NCBI RefSeq assembly: GCF_030013205.1
Contig: NZ_CP122648.1
DNA length: 64,000 bases
Reading direction: 5' to 3' (one strand)
DNA from: Escherichia coli
GTDB lineage: Bacteria > Pseudomonadota > Gammaproteobacteria > Enterobacterales > Enterobacteriaceae
The notes under the pieces are model-generated. The model saw nothing but the letters and a program-made list of their open reading frames with translations, was not told the DNA's origin and did no database searches. The translations under genes were made by a program, and so were the position numbers. Shown here piece after piece: positions 50,743 through 61,429 of this stretch. How positions within the stretch are numbered: position 1 is the first letter of the stretch; the number at the start of each line of letters is the position of its first letter.

Positions 50743-50980
50743 ACAATCTCCTTTGATAAAAATTAATAGATTCTAATTTCATACCAAGGCTAATTTAAAT
50801 AAAGGCTATTTAAGAGAAAAACAAGTCAGCCTGACAGACATATCCCCTCCCATGGCAATATGCCGCTATTTCGCGTTTTTTTTCACGCCATAATGCGTTT
50901 CAAGGTAGCGAATATCTTCGATTGCCCATGGTGTGCGCATTCTTTTGGGTTTATTTTCCATTACCATGTTTTATCAGCCA

Positions 50981-51235
50981 TCATGGCAGCCTCTCCGGTT
51001 TGCCAGCGTGTTCCACCTGATAACGATTAATCAGCTGATTCAGTGCCATTTCAGCCTGTTTTTGCTGCTGTTCACTGCCATTCTGGTTACGGGCTTCATC
51101 ATAGCGACGTAACTGCTCTTCCGCCGGGATATGCCGGTTAAAAGCCTGCATGATGCCAAACACCTCTGTTTTCAGTTCACTGACCGTCATGTATTTTCCC
51201 CGCTGTTCATCCAGACGGTTCAGGCGCTCAGCCAT
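50981..51235 (-). CDS. hypothetical small protein
   Basis: 84-aa ORF, Gln/Glu-rich helical; no family recognised. Confidence 0.4.
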   Translation of the reverse strand: MAERLNRLDEQRGKYMTVSELKTEVFGIMQAFNRHIPAEEQLRRYDEARNQNGSEQQQKQAEMALNQLINRYQVEHAGKPERLP

Positions 51236-51950
51236 CCGCGGCCTGAAGAGATAAAGGCGATAATAAAACAGACATCAGTGTCAGTGACAGCAAGGACGGA
51301 CAGCGCCGGAATAAGCTTTGTTCCTCAGCCCTCACGTTCCTGCAACATAATTTTCCAGCCAAACGAAAAACCTTTTATTCATGCCATACCAATAATCGCC
51401 AGCCTCCTGGCGATGCCTCCCACCATGTTTTGCAGTGGTACGCTACCGCCCTTCCGGTATTTACCCGCATCAACCGGTACCAGAATGCTGAGTAACAAAC
51501 CAGCTCAGAACTGACTGAATTTTGATCATTATAGAATAATGATCTGAACTGCAGCAATATAACAGATTTATCGATCGATATAACGCAAATGAACAGATCT
51601 TTATTCTGTCATATATCGCAAAAACAGCACATTACAAAATTTATAACCATAATTAATGGAAAAGTGCAGAAAATTATTCCACTGAATGCTTTTAATACAG
51701 TTAGTTAGCTAAAAAAATAGCAATTTTTGATTTCAGTCATTGAAAATTGCAATGCGTGACGATTCAACAGCATTTAAGTGAGTTTCAGGATATGGGAAGG
51801 ACATGAAAGGAGGAGCGCAATAAAATATACAGGAAGAAGGGGAAAATGTTTCGTAAAAACAGAAAATTAACAGCGCACATCAGGAAACTCAGTCTCCTGA
51901 TTCAGTGCTACCACATGAAAATTTAGTTAACTGTTACCGTACTAAAATTT

Positions 51951-52142
51951 ATGTCAGAAGATGTTCCATTACCGAAAGTCAATCAGCGATACAAAGACGA
52001 TCATGGTGCGCTTGTCACCGTGACCAGTGTTGAGGAAACCCGGGTGGTGTTTATGCGGGACGGCTATCCGCATCCCTGCATGCGACCGATGTACAACTTT
52101 CTGGGAAAATTCAAACCCGAACCCCGGGAAGAAACAGAATAA
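51951..52142 (+). CDS. hypothetical small protein
   Basis: 63-aa ORF following a roughly 450-bp AT-rich non-coding region. Confidence 0.3.
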   Translation: MSEDVPLPKVNQRYKDDHGALVTVTSVEETRVVFMRDGYPHPCMRPMYNFLGKFKPEPREETE

Positions 52143-52194
52143 AACGAAATCCCTGCCGGCAATCACACTGCCTGATGGCAGCATAATCCACTTA

Positions 52195-52428
52195 TTAATT
52201 CTCATCCCCGGAGACAAGCCCAGAAAACCACTCCGGGTGTTCACTGTATGCCGTGTTCAGCGCATCCCAGGAAACGTTTATATAAAAGCTGTCCTGCAAT
52301 TTCCGGGTAACCACCTCTGCCAGGCGGTTCCGGTTATCCGCCAGTCCGGCATAACCTCTCTCTGTCAGCCACTCATTCAGTTCATGTTTCAGAGACAGAT
52401 TAATAATCTCATAATCGGACCTTGCCAT
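52195..52428 (-). CDS. hypothetical small protein
   Basis: ORF 52195-52503; start placed at internal MARSDYEIINLSLKHELNEWL; start uncertain. Confidence 0.4.
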   Translation of the reverse strand: MARSDYEIINLSLKHELNEWLTERGYAGLADNRNRLAEVVTRKLQDSFYINVSWDALNTAYSEHPEWFSGLVSGDEN

Positions 52429-52523
52429 TCCCGTTTCCTTAGCACATATTTTCAGGCACGGGGATAAAGTATAAAGAATGTCGTACTGCTGCTGCCAGAG
52501 CAATATTCCCCCTGATGGTTGTA

Positions 52524-53183
52524 TCAGAGATGGTATGCCGGTACTTTGCGGGTTGTTCCTGTCAGGTTATCGTGCACCTCCACGGTCGTGGTCACCACCG
52601 GCATTCCGGCCTTTCTCAGCCTCAGAACATCAGCCGCAATACGCTGACTGCCAAACCAGAACAGGCCGTCCAGTGCAGTCACCAGTAAACCCGCCTCCAG
52701 TGCATACTTCAGCCGTTCACGGGGCGCTTTCACTTCCCGGGCAACCTGCTGATATGGCAATGATGTGTTTTCATTCCCAACCACGCGACGAATACGGTGA
52801 GACAGATGATACCGGAATGTATCCGGCACACCAGAAAGGCTGGCCTTCAGGCTGTACACGCAACCAAACCGTTTATCGTTAAACACCACATTTTTCTGGC
52901 TGATGCCCCATTCTTCACGCAGCGCGGCAATCAGTTGTGGTGTCCGGGTAAGCAGCAAGCGAAAAGGCAGTTCAAAACTGGTGACGTAATCCACATTCAG
53001 CAGTGCAATACGCAGCCGTTCTTCTGGCCCGGCCTCTGTCTGCCGGCACTCCTCCAGAACATCCTGCCACTGCTGGCGAAGACGGGGCGATTCGCTCCGT
53101 TCTGTAAAACAGTATTTATCCGCCAGATAGTCAATTTGTGTACGCATACTGAAGAGCATTCCGTATAAAGATTCAGCTGACAA
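52524..53183 (-). CDS. hypothetical protein
   Basis: 219-aa ORF with core-like codon usage; no family recognised by eye. Confidence 0.55.
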   Translation of the reverse strand: MSAESLYGMLFSMRTQIDYLADKYCFTERSESPRLRQQWQDVLEECRQTEAGPEERLRIALLNVDYVTSFELPFRLLLTRTPQLIAALREEWGISQKNVVFNDKRFGCVYSLKASLSGVPDTFRYHLSHRIRRVVGNENTSLPYQQVAREVKAPRERLKYALEAGLLVTALDGLFWFGSQRIAADVLRLRKAGMPVVTTTVEVHDNLTGTTRKVPAYHL

Positions 53184-53456
53184 AACTTTATCAGTCCATA
53201 AGAATCAACGGAAGCACCGATGGTTCACTTGGTCATCGCCAAGTTTTGCCATAACCGGTAGCAATGATCATTCTGTGTAACTATTTGGCCCACAGATGAT
53301 GATGTTTATCGATGTCTCCTCTGTCTGAATGTCGCATAAAGAGGATCATCAGCAGACACAGCCAGTGAACCACCGTCCGCGGAACAAAGCGCCGGACCAC
53401 ATCCGGATCCGGCAGGGACATGACTGGCATGATCAAGTAATTATGTCGCATCTCCC

Positions 53457-53870
53457 TCACTCCTGGTCCCGGAGCAAATCTGGCTGGTATCTGTAAACAT
53501 ACTTCGTACATGCCGCTCTGCAATAAATCCCCGTATCACAGGTTTCACAGAACTTCTTCCCATGAAAAAGCCTCTCGCACATCACGCAATGCCACTCCAG
53601 CACGACAGGTAATGGCGATAAAAACATCGCCATATCATCAATGTAAGGATGGGATTTTTCCGGATTCAGCACCACGCAGGCCGCCTTCTGTTGCGCGCTC
53701 AGGGCATGTAAATCATGCTCAAACCACGCCCCCTGAGCATCTGTCTGCAAAATCAACCGGCCACGACAGGAAAGGCAGAAACACTGCCGGATATTTCTGC
53801 TGAGCGCAGAGTTGGCACTGATAATGTGCTCACCCGGCGTGATCCCCAGCCCCATTTTTATGCCGTTCAT
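53457..53870 (-). CDS. hypothetical cysteine-rich (zinc-ribbon-like) protein
   Basis: 137-aa ORF with CxxC pairs (CFCLSC, CVMCERL, CETCDTGIYCRAAC); ATGA-type 4-nt overlap with upstream gene. Confidence 0.5.
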   Translation of the reverse strand: MNGIKMGLGITPGEHIISANSALSRNIRQCFCLSCRGRLILQTDAQGAWFEHDLHALSAQQKAACVVLNPEKSHPYIDDMAMFLSPLPVVLEWHCVMCERLFHGKKFCETCDTGIYCRAACTKYVYRYQPDLLRDQE

Positions 53871-54256
53871 CCTGCTACCACCTCCTCACTGAAGCGCCCG
53901 GTCTGGCAGTGTGTGCAGTACTGCTCCCCATAATAATCGTGGTGACATTGTCTGCAGTACCAGCTGGCTTTACGTACTACGGGTAAGGCATCCGGTACGA
54001 ATTGCTGCAGACGTTTAATCAAACGTATTTCTCTGCGTTCCGGTCTGACATAAGGGCACTCATGACCGTGCTCAGTCAGCCCATCGTCAGTGTGTTCAAA
54101 CCAGGGACGTTCAGTGTCGTATTGCGGGTGGTATCTGAGTGCACTGCCACAAAGATGACAGGTATAACGATCATATGGCGCAGTCTGTGCGGTACGGGCA
54201 CCGGTCAGACGTCCGTTGCCATCAAATGCGAGAAAAGATTTTGCGTACATAGTCAT
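53867..54256 (-). CDS. hypothetical cysteine/histidine-rich (zinc-ribbon-like) protein
   Basis: 129-aa ORF with CHLCGS, HECPY, CRQCHHDYYGEQYCTHCQTG motifs. Confidence 0.5.
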   Translation of the reverse strand: MTMYAKSFLAFDGNGRLTGARTAQTAPYDRYTCHLCGSALRYHPQYDTERPWFEHTDDGLTEHGHECPYVRPERREIRLIKRLQQFVPDALPVVRKASWYCRQCHHDYYGEQYCTHCQTGRFSEEVVAG

Positions 54257-54509
54257 ATTCCTCAGCCGCCAGACGACACGCAGGCAACAGCCGTCCCGGT
54301 ACGGGCAGCGTGGTCAGGGTGTGAATGGCGGTTCAGTTAAAATCTGGACTGGAGTTTGGGTAAAGCAGGCTGGTTGCTGTTACAGCACTGTGGTTGTCAC
54401 ACAATGGAACACTGACGTAAAAAACAGTCCGTGGGCGAGTGGATACATCGTTGCTGCCAGACAACAACCCATACTTTTGGTTTGCCGGGTATTGGCGCGC
54501 CAGTCGTGC

Positions 54510-55079
54510 TCAACTCCGGCTACAGCCAAAATTACGCTCACCGGTACCGTTGACTTTGGTGTACTCTTTCGCGAGATAGTCAGCACGGTTCAGCATATCC
54601 CGTAAACCAGCATCATCATCGCGTTCCAGCCACACCACCGGCCTGGCCGGAAAATGCACCAGCGTGGCATAGCATCCGGCATCCACCCCCAGGGCACTGC
54701 ACCACGCCTGTTTAATCATCCCGGCCAGTGACCCCGGATCGCGGTAATCGCCCGCACCACACCAGGTATCACGGTTGACCAGCAGTATCAGGTGATAGTG
54801 TTTTTTACCCCTGAGCACCCCGAATTCCCGGGCCCAGACGTAATGCAGCCTTGTGGTATGTACGCGTTTACCTTCACGGCGCTTACGCTTCTGGTAAGCA
54901 TCGATTCGGGCTTTCAGGGCATTGATGAAGCGGGATATCACTGCTGCGTCAGTTGCTGCCGGTACATCCGGGAGACGCAGGTCAACCCGCAATGCCGTCA
55001 GACGGGGATGAACATCAAGTGCGCGCAGCACCGTCTCACGGATACGTTGTTGCCAGAAGGGTTTGTACTCGTGTGTCAT
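54510..55079 (-). CDS. YfjJ/YagK-family (inovirus Gp2-like) protein
   Basis: 189-aa ORF; sequence and length recalled as matching the YagK/YfjJ family of CP4-type cryptic prophages. Confidence 0.7.
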   Translation of the reverse strand: MTHEYKPFWQQRIRETVLRALDVHPRLTALRVDLRLPDVPAATDAAVISRFINALKARIDAYQKRKRREGKRVHTTRLHYVWAREFGVLRGKKHYHLILLVNRDTWCGAGDYRDPGSLAGMIKQAWCSALGVDAGCYATLVHFPARPVVWLERDDDAGLRDMLNRADYLAKEYTKVNGTGERNFGCSRS

Positions 55080-55818
55080 GGTTAAATCTCCGTATGGTTT
55101 CGTTCATACGGAATAACCACGCCGTTAAAAATGCGCAGAGTCCCTGAAGTGATCGCCAACCAGGCAATATCTCAGGCACCCGGTGATAACCCGACAGTCG
55201 TCTCCGGACTGACGGCTGAATTTTCAGCGTTGTTTTTTTAATGCAAAAAGCCGGTTACGGGGAAGGTTGTGAGGAGGACGTGATGGTGATACGCCAAACG
55301 GTGTGCAGGGATTGTGATAACGCCATCCCTCATAATACGGAATGTTGCCCGAGCTGCGCGTCAACAGCTTCCTCAGGCTATTACCGAAATACCGATCGTC
55401 TGCTCTTTCTACTGACGTTACTGTCTGTGCTGATTCTGGCTGTCGTTTCAGGCGTCAGTGTATTTGTACTGTTGCGGTAGGTTACAGGGGAGGAATTATC
55501 CGGAATCAACGGGGCAGAACGCCCCGCCGCCTCTGCGTTTGCTGTGCCAGACAGTAACGCGCCGGATCCCCGGTAAATACGAGAAAACCTCAGCATATAC
55601 AGGCCGGTAATGCCCGAAAATCAGCCCATGACCACCCACACCTCCGGATACCATTCCCTTTTGATTTCGAATTCTTCGCTATACCGCTTAACGTTCCCGG
55701 TATTATCCTGGTTCCCGACAACAGGAACATATTCAGCTTTTAACAACCTGAGAAAACCCAAAAAGAATCACACAGAGCAGATAACACCTGGCGCAATACC
55801 GCTGTGATTGCCAAACGT

Positions 55819-56031
55819 TCAGGTGACATATTTCCAGACGGAAGCCGGCACGCGATCATAAAGTTTGTTCATCGTCAGTTCTGCCAGCCGGTGATCGACC
55901 GCAGAGTTGAAAGCTTCCAGCTCCGCAGGGGTAAGTTTATAACGCGTGTGGGAAATCACTTTTTCCAGTGTCTCCCGGGATGAACAACGACGGAACTGAT
56001 ACAGCCAGTCTTCTTTGGTTTTAACTTCCAT
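55819..56031 (-). CDS. hypothetical small protein
   Basis: 70-aa ORF with SD GAGAGG 3 nt upstream of ATG. Confidence 0.45.
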   Translation of the reverse strand: MEVKTKEDWLYQFRRCSSRETLEKVISHTRYKLTPAELEAFNSAVDHRLAELTMNKLYDRVPASVWKYVT

Positions 56032-56733
56032 TAGCCTCTCATTACTTTATGCTGCAATTAACGTGATACTGTCAGCATGCCGCACCAGACCGGCATTCTG
56101 GTACCCTCCCCAAACTTATTACTCCCGTGCCACCACTTAACCGGTATCTCAGACTGACACTCACCAGGTCGGATACGTTTACCGCTCAAATACACTCTGT
56201 TCACGTGTGTTGCAGGTACGTTTTATATACGCAGGTTATACGCCAGCTATCAGAGATAGCCCTGTGGGTACAACGCAATCTGTTGTTACTGCGTTCTCAT
56301 ACCCACTGATCACACTCACAGTGTTTATTTCACATATATGAACTCATGTATTTGATCTCATGTGTTTGCTCTCTCTTATATATTTAATACCAATCAGACA
56401 GTCTTATCCCATCGGTGATACCTGTCGCCTGCCCGCCGGACACGGGCTGCCCCACCGTAACCGCCCCGTAAATAACTCTGCAATTATCAGAACGACGGCT
56501 CTTCCCCTCATCCTCCCGAAAAGCATCCCTTCTCTGTCGTGCGTACGCGCGGGAAGCATCGTTTCGCGGTAGCCACCGGGTATCTCAGCATCATGCCCCC
56601 TGTTTATCTCTCGGCAGGAATATTCCCCTACTCATTTTTTACGTTTCTCCCCGGTTGTTATGCCGGTGAAGGTGGTGCGTTGTTTTTATCACCAATGCCG
56701 GTTGAGATTAACAACATCCGAAGGAACATTTTC

Positions 56734-56940
56734 ATGAATATCCCAGTTTCACTGATGGATGACCAGATGGTCGACATGGCGTTTATCACTCAACTGACCG
56801 GCTTAACCGATAAGTGGTTTTACAAGCTCATCAAGGATGGTGCCTTTCCAGCCCCCATCAAACTCGGCCGCAGCTCCCGATGGCTGAAAAGTGAAGTGGA
56901 AGCCTGGTTGCAGGCGCGTATTGCTCAGTCCCGTCCGTAA
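56734..56940 (+). CDS. AlpA-family prophage transcriptional regulator
   Basis: 68 aa from internal ATG at 56734 with SD AAGGAA; HTH region FITQLTGLTDKWFYKLIKDGAFPAPIKLGRSSRWLKSEVEAWL typical of AlpA/Xis-like regulators. Confidence 0.75.
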   Translation: MNIPVSLMDDQMVDMAFITQLTGLTDKWFYKLIKDGAFPAPIKLGRSSRWLKSEVEAWLQARIAQSRP

Positions 56941-57025
56941 TTCCTGACCGTTATCCGTTCAACCGCAGCGAATACACTATCCGGCCTCCGGAGGCATTCT
57001 GCTGCGTGCTAAAGGAGAAAATATT

Positions 57026-57598
57026 ATGCAAAAACTTGAAAACCGGTGTGATCTGCTGCTCATCCAGCATCAGAAATGGATGGCAAGTGTAACCCGGTTT
57101 ATTGTCGCTCATGGAATGGGCTCTCCGCATCTTCATGGTTATCACCGCCTGACCCTGGCCCACTTTTTTCTGCCGGAAAAAGGCACCATTATCTCGGTGG
57201 CACCACAGGGACTCTATCAGGTCGTCAACCCGGGAACGCCACCGTTCCTTCCTGCCATTCAGGAAGGGTTAATGACCAGCATTCAGACGCATGAAATCAT
57301 GCTGCTTACACATTTTAACCTGGGTGGTGTTTTACTCAGTGAACTACATCGTCTGGGCGAAAGCCGGCTGGCAAACAGGCTGAACAGTCTGCTCCGGCGT
57401 TTTGACGATCGCGATCTCTACCACACCCTGATATGGCTGTGCTGGTATGATCTGATGTGCGCCCGCTCCATGCAGCCCTGGACTGAAGAGTTAAAGCATA
57501 AATCACACGCAGAACTTGAACGCTGGGCTGTGGCACGCAAACGGGAAAAGCGCGAGCTTGAACTGATGATTGACGAGTATCTGCTATACGCCTGTTGA
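57026..57598 (+). CDS. hypothetical protein
   Basis: 190-aa ORF with strong SD AAGGAG upstream of ATG. Confidence 0.6.
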   Translation: MQKLENRCDLLLIQHQKWMASVTRFIVAHGMGSPHLHGYHRLTLAHFFLPEKGTIISVAPQGLYQVVNPGTPPFLPAIQEGLMTSIQTHEIMLLTHFNLGGVLLSELHRLGESRLANRLNSLLRRFDDRDLYHTLIWLCWYDLMCARSMQPWTEELKHKSHAELERWAVARKREKRELELMIDEYLLYAC

Positions 57599-57712
57599 TT
57601 CATAACATTCCCGGGCCTGCGCGCATTCACTTTTCTTCCGTCACCATCATACAAAAGCTGGTGGTGACGAACATACGGCAATACAGCCTGAATAATCAGT
57701 CTCAGTGAGGCA

Positions 57713-59287
57713 TTATGACCGAAAGAATTGCTCTTTCCATTCTCTCAGTTTCTGGCTGTGATAGCCCTGCTCGTAACACGCCTTCAACTCAGAGAACGTG
57801 ATATTGTTTACTCTGGAAAGCAGGACATAGGTTGTTTTACCTTCTCTCTCAAAGGAAAGCTTTAACTGAGACGCAAGAATGTTCAACAGTGCGTTCAGTT
57901 TTTTTCTGTTTCTGAAACGCCCCGGGCCACACTGGAGAATATAATTTTTCCTGACACGAGGCGGGCATTCTCCGCGGCACTCCTCAATGAGCCAGTCGAG
58001 CAGCTCCTGTGCGTCCTGCAGCTGCAGTTCAGATTCATCAGGTAACGCAAATAATTTTTTATATTCATCTGTGTACCACGAACTTATTACGACAGCAGAC
58101 GTCATGATATCGGCAGTAATTTTCCCTTCCCCCTGACTGAAATACTGCAATAATGCAGCAATTCTCGCAATGTTTTCTGTTTTTTTTGAAACATGTCCCC
58201 GAAACGCACTTAACGGACCGGAAGGAGATAAATCCTGCTCAAGAACATTATAGTGCTCAATAAATATTTTTTGCGCTTCAGGCGAAAAATGCAGACAATA
58301 CCGTTCATCCTTACTGGATTTTTCAATACTGGCTCTGGCCAGTTCCATTAATCGTTCATGAAATGCCGTTAACGATCCTCCCGGGGTCACAGCTCCGTTA
58401 ATAAAGCGTTTCCCCTGCGTGCTTGCAGGTTTACTGATAAGGCAACGGGCAAGAAAACCACTGTCTCTGGCAACAGCACCTTTTCGCTCCATATATCGGT
58501 CAAAAAGACCGGGTTGCACCATGAGGGATAACGTCATTCTGGCATTTTCAATCATCTGTTCGGGTTCATTCTTTCTGTCCACAGACAACACTGAGCCATC
58601 CCACATTTTGTTAATAAAAGGCAACTCAGACAGGGTATATCCATCAAATATAATACCAGCTTCATCTGACATAATACCAACTGAACGCCATTTACCACAA
58701 AGCTGATTCTTAATTGCCGCAGTCGTGGCATCATTAACAATGAATTTATACCTCACAGGTTCTTCCGCACTGTTTTTCTGAAGTACTTCCAGTTGTCTGA
58801 GGGTTTCTGACTCATCCGCGCCTTTGCGGAGTTCTTTATTCAGTTTTGACAACAATGCTTTTTTCTGAGCCTTTAAAAGCTCTTCCTTGTTTTTCCAGAC
58901 AGCCAGTTCACTTTTGTATCTGGAATATAACTGCATCTCCTGCTGGTACAGGGGCTTCATTAATAATTTGTCCACTGCGGTTTTTCGTTCTCCGGACTCG
59001 GCAAGCGTCAGGAAAAAAAGAGAAACCGGCCCCCGCAGTGTATTCAGTCTGCAGACATCAATCAGATTCTGGCAGACAAGTGAAACAGCGCCCAGTGCAG
59101 ATGCTGCCACAAGCCCAAGGGGAGCCTGCGTAATTTGCTGAGCTTCAATAACGGCATCACGAATGAGTGGAGGCAGCGAACTCAGGGGGAACTCATCACA
59201 AGGCTGACCGAATGACATAGTAACCTCACTACATACAGATATAAAAGCACTGCAATTTTGGCTATTAATAGCAAAAATAGCAGTCAA
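57713..59287 (-). CDS. YfjI-like protein of CP4-57-type prophages (DUF3987-like)
   Basis: 524-aa ORF; family assignment from recall, start codon uncertain (alternative Met 23 codons in). Confidence 0.55.
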   Translation of the reverse strand: MTAIFAINSQNCSAFISVCSEVTMSFGQPCDEFPLSSLPPLIRDAVIEAQQITQAPLGLVAASALGAVSLVCQNLIDVCRLNTLRGPVSLFFLTLAESGERKTAVDKLLMKPLYQQEMQLYSRYKSELAVWKNKEELLKAQKKALLSKLNKELRKGADESETLRQLEVLQKNSAEEPVRYKFIVNDATTAAIKNQLCGKWRSVGIMSDEAGIIFDGYTLSELPFINKMWDGSVLSVDRKNEPEQMIENARMTLSLMVQPGLFDRYMERKGAVARDSGFLARCLISKPASTQGKRFINGAVTPGGSLTAFHERLMELARASIEKSSKDERYCLHFSPEAQKIFIEHYNVLEQDLSPSGPLSAFRGHVSKKTENIARIAALLQYFSQGEGKITADIMTSAVVISSWYTDEYKKLFALPDESELQLQDAQELLDWLIEECRGECPPRVRKNYILQCGPGRFRNRKKLNALLNILASQLKLSFEREGKTTYVLLSRVNNITFSELKACYEQGYHSQKLREWKEQFFRS

Positions 59288-60402
59288 ATCAATATGAGGT
59301 AAAAATTTTTGTTGATTTAATGGTTAAATAATAACCACAGTGTGTTTTGCTGCTGAAGAAAGACAAAATGAATCTGTGTGTCCCCTCCTTCCCTTCGGAG
59401 CATATCTACTGTTCAAATTTTACACAATCACGTACAAACAAAAAGCATCATCCCGGGTATTGCAGATACCGGTTTCCTGCCGGGAAGAATCATAAACAGA
59501 AAACCCGGAATAACACCTTCAGAAAGCGACTTCCCTCCTGAAGAATAATAAAGAAGACGATAATTCCTGTCCTGAATTCGATATTTCATGGATATGACGC
59601 CATTTTTATAAATGACAAAAAAGCATTTAATGCTGACACATCAGGAAAAACAAAATAATACCCCCCTGCCGATACAGATAAAACACACCAATTTTCTTTG
59701 AATGCTCCCGCATAATTGTCAGACAGTGATAAAAATGGGTTATGACAATCTTTCTTCAACAAAAACCTGTCTTCTGTTTTTTTACATCAGCATCCTGCTT
59801 AAATTAAACGTAAACGAGCACAGCATTTCTGTACCAGAACTAAAAATCAGCTATTATTCAGCACCCTCAATCAATAAAATCTCAACAATATTATCCGGAA
59901 CAGCATGGTACCTCTATCAAAGGTTTTTAACAGGACAATTAACATTACTGAACAGCCTTCCTGCAGAACCACTGCAAATATAAAACCAGGGCGCAGGATA
60001 AATAATCACACCCTGAAAAATGCTGTCACACAAAAAAAAATTAATCACTGCACATAATCCGGAAGCGAAATACCAAACAACCCGGTATCAACAGGTATCA
60101 TTGCGTGCGCCACTCTTATAAAAAACACACAGCAGAAGTAAGATAATTATAAACGTAATTTTAATATCTCTCTGCCCCCCACAAAAAAACACTGAAAAAA
60201 AAATACTCACATCAGTAAACATGAGCACACCTGATAATCAGGCTGTCAGAGGAATGATATTTCCCTTTTACGGGATAGTCAGCCCGCCATTGAACAATGT
60301 TCAAATCGATTCAAAATAATTTCAGACAGATATTATCGTTGTGAGTCCCCCGCCACCTTTCCGGTACGCGGGATTTTGTCTTTTTTCACCGGGAATACAT
60401 GT

Positions 60403-61275
60403 ATGAATCCGTCTGATGCCATTGAGGCAATTGAAAAACCGCTCTCCTCCCTGCCTTATTCGCTTTCCCGTCACATCCTGGAACATCTGCGTAAACTCAC
60501 CAGCCACGAACCCATGATTGGCATTATGGGGAAAAGCGGGGCCGGTAAATCCTCACTCTGTAATGCGCTGTTTCAGGGGGAGGTCACCCCGGTCAGTGAT
60601 GTTCACGCCGGCACCCGGGAAGTGCGGCGCTTCCGTCTGAGTGGCCACGGTCACAGCATGATTATCACTGACCTGCCCGGGGTGGGCGAGAGCCGGGACA
60701 GGGATGCAGAGTATGAAGCCCTGTACCGTGACATTCTGCCTGAACTTGACCTGGTACTGTGGCTGATTAAAGCCGATGACCGTGCCCTGTCTGTGGATGA
60801 GTATTTCTGGCGACACATCCTGCACCGGGGACATCAGCGGGTACTGTTTGTGGTGACGCAGGCCGATAAAACGGAGCCCTGCCATGAATGGGATATGGCC
60901 GGTATTCAGCCTTCTCCCGCACAGGCACAGAACATTCGCGAAAAAACGGAGGCGGTATTCCGTCTGTTCCGGCCCGTACATCCGGTTGTGGCCGTATCGG
61001 CCCGCACCGGCTGGGAACTGGATACGCTGGTCAGCGCGCTCATGACAGCACTTCCCGACCATGCCGCCAGTCCCCTGATGACCCGCCTGCAGGACGAGCT
61101 GTGCACGGAATCTGTCCGGGGGCAGGCCCGTGAACAGTTTACCGGTGCGGTGGACCGGATATTTGACACGGCGGAGAGCGTCTGTGTTGCCTCTGTTGCA
61201 CGCACGGTTCTGCGTGCCGTCCGTGACACGGTGGTCTCTGTTGCCCGCGCGGTATGGAACTGGATTTTCTTCTGA
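60403..61275 (+). CDS. YeeP/YkfA/YfjP-family GTPase
   Basis: Start at MNPSDAIEAIEKPLSSLPYSLSRHILEHLR; P-loop GIMGKSGAGKSSLCNALF, DLPGVGE G3 motif; immediately upstream of antigen 43 as in CP4-44. Confidence 0.8.
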   Translation: MNPSDAIEAIEKPLSSLPYSLSRHILEHLRKLTSHEPMIGIMGKSGAGKSSLCNALFQGEVTPVSDVHAGTREVRRFRLSGHGHSMIITDLPGVGESRDRDAEYEALYRDILPELDLVLWLIKADDRALSVDEYFWRHILHRGHQRVLFVVTQADKTEPCHEWDMAGIQPSPAQAQNIREKTEAVFRLFRPVHPVVAVSARTGWELDTLVSALMTALPDHAASPLMTRLQDELCTESVRGQAREQFTGAVDRIFDTAESVCVASVARTVLRAVRDTVVSVARAVWNWIFF

Positions 61276-61393
61276 ACAGTCTGCCAGGGAAATGCCTGAT
61301 TACATTACGTTAACCAACTGAAAACATGACACAAACACCTCATACTCCTCCTGTTTCTCTTGCATGACTGCCTCGTCATTAATAGAATAAAAC

Positions 61394-61429
61394 GATCGAT
61401 AAAACAGGTATCGATCGCCATCATCGATC
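61394..61429 (+). promoter_or_regulatory. antigen 43 phase-variation switch (three GATC Dam sites in the OxyR-binding region)
   Basis: GATC at 61394, 61413 and 61426, each within CGATCG, about 220 bp upstream of the flu start codon. Confidence 0.75.

Noticed and set aside
51131-51514. 127-aa + strand ORF
   Set aside because: Overlaps the more plausible 84-aa minus-strand ORF antisense and runs into non-coding AT-rich DNA; no SD
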